Of a stretch of 64,000 nucleotides of DNA, positions 61,173 to 64,000 are shown piece after piece. The notes under the pieces were generated by a model that saw nothing but the letters and a program-made list of their open reading frames with translations, was not told where the DNA came from and made no database searches. Made by a program: the position numbers and the translations under genes. Source of the DNA: Massalongia carnosa. Taxonomy: Eukaryota. The stretch's first letter is position 1. Every line of letters starts with the position of its first letter. The DNA is taken from assembly GCA_965645245.1 (NCBI GenBank), contig OZ287073.1, positions 2,418,001 to 2,482,000 on the forward strand, in the 5' to 3' direction.

Positions 61173-64000
61173 TATTGAAGGGAGAATTGATCACCTTGGT
61201 GCATGATGAGAATATTTGGAAGGAATGGTTCATTTGTTTACTATCTGCAGAGATTTTACCTTAACTCCTAAAACGCAAGCTAGCCTAATTGGGTAATCGC
61301 CGTCACCAACTGCCTGACCACAATCTAGTTAGGCTAACACAGGCTAACATCAACACTCCCACTCAGGCATGGTGTCTGGCTGACGGTTGATACTATTCAT
61401 CTTCGTCATTTCCAATTTGGGGTCTTCATCTTTCAATCTAATTGCCTCATGCCCATCATGGTCCTAAAGACCTTGAACTTCTGTGGAGGCAAGGGTTTCG
61501 TCATTCCATCAGCTATCATCTCATTGGTTGAGATGTATGAGATGACTATCTTCCTGCTCAACACCACCTCTCTTATCCAGTGATGCCGTACGTCGATGTG
61601 CTTTGTCTGCTTATGAAACTCTGGGTTAGCGGTAAGGTCAATTGCCCCCTTGTTGTCTGCTCGGAGGTCTGCTGGTTGGTCAGGTCGTCTGTGCCCGAGG
61701 GCCTCGAGGAAGCGAGAGCACCATAAGGCCTCCTTCCCTGCTTCAGTGCTCGCCATATACTCAGCTTCGCATGAAGAAAGAGCGACAGTCAATTATTGTT
61801 TTGATTGGTGAGAAATTGGACAGCCAAAAAGCATCCAAACGTACCCACCGGTCGATTTTCTTTCATCTCCTGTCCCCGCCCAATCAGAGTCAGTGTATCC
61901 GATTAGTTCATCCGGAGAGTCAGCCGAGAATGTCAGTCCTATGGTCAGTGTCTCTGCTATATAGCGGAAGATTTGTTTGATCATTTGAATGTGGATGGGT
62001 CCGGGGTTGCTGCAATAGCGGCTGAGGACTCCCACAGAATAAGAGATGTCTGGTCGAGTATGGACTGCTGGCCACATCAGTGACCCGATTGCTGATACCA
62101 GGAAATGATGGCTTTGTCGGCCACCTGTTCTGACGGTAAAAGGGAGCTTGCTACTCCCGGGTCCATTGGAATGGAGGATGGTTTACAGTCGGTCATTCCA
62201 AAACGTTCCAGGACCTTCAAATAGGTCGTTTGTCGAATAGTTATGGATTTTCCAACGTCCACGTCCACTTCCATTCCGAGGTAGTGGGAAACGTCGCCCA
62301 GGTCAGTCATTTTAAATCGGTCAGAAAGCTGCTTTTGTATAAACTCGAGACGGGGTATGTCAGCCCCAAAGAGTAGCAGGTCGTCCACATATATTGCTAT
62401 GTATTGCTTTTTGTCATTTGAAACAAACACTCCATGATCAAGTTCTAGTCGATGAAATCCTAGCTTCTTTAGGAAATCAACAAGCGTCTAGTACCACACC
62501 TAGGGGGATTTTTTCAGTCCATAAAGTGCTTTGATAAGCTCACAAACCAGGTGCGGGTTGGTAATGAATAGATGAGGTTGTTCAACATAATCAACTCGTC
62601 GAGGTAGCTATAAAGAAAGGCAGTCACAACATCCATGCGACGTATAATAAACCCTCGTTTGACCCCAACACCCATCATTGCTTTGTATGACATCGGTTTG
62701 ATTTGACAACTGCAGCAAAGGTGTCGACGTAGTCCAAGCCTTCTTCTTGCTTATAGCCATGGACCACCCACCTTGCCTTATATTTCAGTATATTTCCGTG
62801 TCGGTCTTTCTTCAATTTAAACACCCACCTGCCAGTGATTACCCGACGGTCCTTTGGTGCTTCGGTCAGTTCCCACGTACCATTTTCGGTGTGAGATGCA
62901 ATTTCAGTCTGCATTGCTATCAGCCATTTGAGCCAATCAGGTCTGGCCATAGCTTCTTTGAGCGAAAGGGGTTCGTCTGGCCCTTCCGTGTCAATGTTGT
63001 TGGCTAGCATTGTGAATGCTTTCATCATATGTATGTGGGATTTAGCACGATTGTATCAGTAAAATAGGACCTTCCCCCTTAATGATTTGAGTCAAAAGCG
63101 TTGCCTTTATTATCAACAATTTTGTTTTCTTCAGTCCGTTTCGGTAGTTTACCAAAACCATAGATAATTTCATTAGGATAATTTGTACGTTTGACGGGTG
63201 CTCGTTTGGATCTTCTCAATGGAACATGGTCAGATGAAATGGTGGAAGAATTATGATCTTCCTGAGCGTCATGGTCGGTGTCAAGGGTCACTTCGTTGTG
63301 ACTATCATAATTGTCTTCGGCATTTCCTCCCCCTTCTGGCCGTGTTTGTTGGGAAGCTCCCACAGGATTTTGGTCTAAATGTCCCGTGTTTTAAGGACTA
63401 TTTGGGGGTGTAGGAAGTTGAGATTTGTTGAATCGAGATAGGGTGTATGGATCGTCCTTCTCGTCGTCGTCATAGTCGTCTGGATTTCCAAATAGATCAT
63501 CGTCCGTCTGGGTTCACTCGTCGTCAACAAGCTCATTCGGGTTGAAAGCCTTTCGGGCAAAGAGGTTCTTTTCGTCAATAATTACGTCTCTTTTAACATG
63601 AACCTTTCCAGTGCAGGGGTCATATATCCTGTACTGATTTGTGCCTTCATAGCCAACATGAATGCCCTGCCAGGACCGTTCATCCAGCTTCTTTCTCTTC
63701 TCTTTGGGAATATGAACCGAAGCACGTGCACCCAACACCCTCAGATGACTGAGGTTGGGCTTCCTGTCTTTCAATTTCTCGTATGAAGTCACCCCGTCTG
63801 TGTTAGGACTTCTGTTCTTCAGATAACACACTGTTTTGATAATTTCAAGCCATAGGCCCTTCGGTAATTTCATAGCAGACAATATGGACCGTACTGAACT
63901 AATCAGAGTATAATTCAGACGTTCCGCCTTTCCATTTGCTCAGGTGTGTATGGGGCACTAGGTCTCCATTTGATGTGATTTTTCTTCAGATAATCCTGGA
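61173..64000 (-). mobile_element. Ty1/Copia element (Copia-3), 3' part, decayed; runs off the right edge
   Basis: 3' LTR 61173-61355; PPT TGAGTGGGAG; IN, RT (YKARWV, IYVDDLLL) and RNase H (YTDSDW, ADGMTK) fragments. Confidence 0.93.
61433..64000 (-). pseudogene. pol: Copia-3 pol (IN-RT-RNase H), multiple stops and frameshifts
   Basis: ORF fragments 63514-63882, 62675-63028, 62077-62430, 61793-62077 and 61433-61792. Confidence 0.92.

Noticed and set aside
1..64000. Strong RIP mutation of repeats
   Set aside because: Some stops fit C-to-T or G-to-A changes, but long ORFs survive, LTR pairs differ by mixed substitutions and indels, and the Ngaro repeats look identical; RIP indices were not computed

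Overview
This is eukaryotic DNA, most likely from a filamentous ascomycete. The window is a transposon nest with very little host gene content. It contains three Ty1/Copia elements, three Ty3/Gypsy elements (two chromoviral), a Tad1-like LINE, three Tc1/mariner-pogo DNA transposons, an apparently intact Ngaro-type tyrosine-recombinase (DIRS order) retrotransposon, and more than ten solo LTRs, many with readable 5-bp target-site duplications (TSDs). Non-TE content is one intact intron-containing HNH nuclease gene, a disrupted caspase-like (His-Cys) gene and a C2H2 zinc-finger fragment. The most notable signals are: (1) the Ngaro element appears to express all three proteins from the gag ATG, with RT/RNase H following gag in frame behind a CAA-TGA-CTA readthrough context and the ATG-less recombinase N-terminus sitting behind a phase-compatible splice acceptor; (2) the LINE is bracketed by ~118-bp inverted repeats flanked by TA; (3) near-identical palindromes are shared between unrelated Copia and Gypsy elements; (4) an intact extra ORF lies before the 3' LTR of an otherwise decayed Gypsy. 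Coordinates were read by eye and may be off by a few bases.
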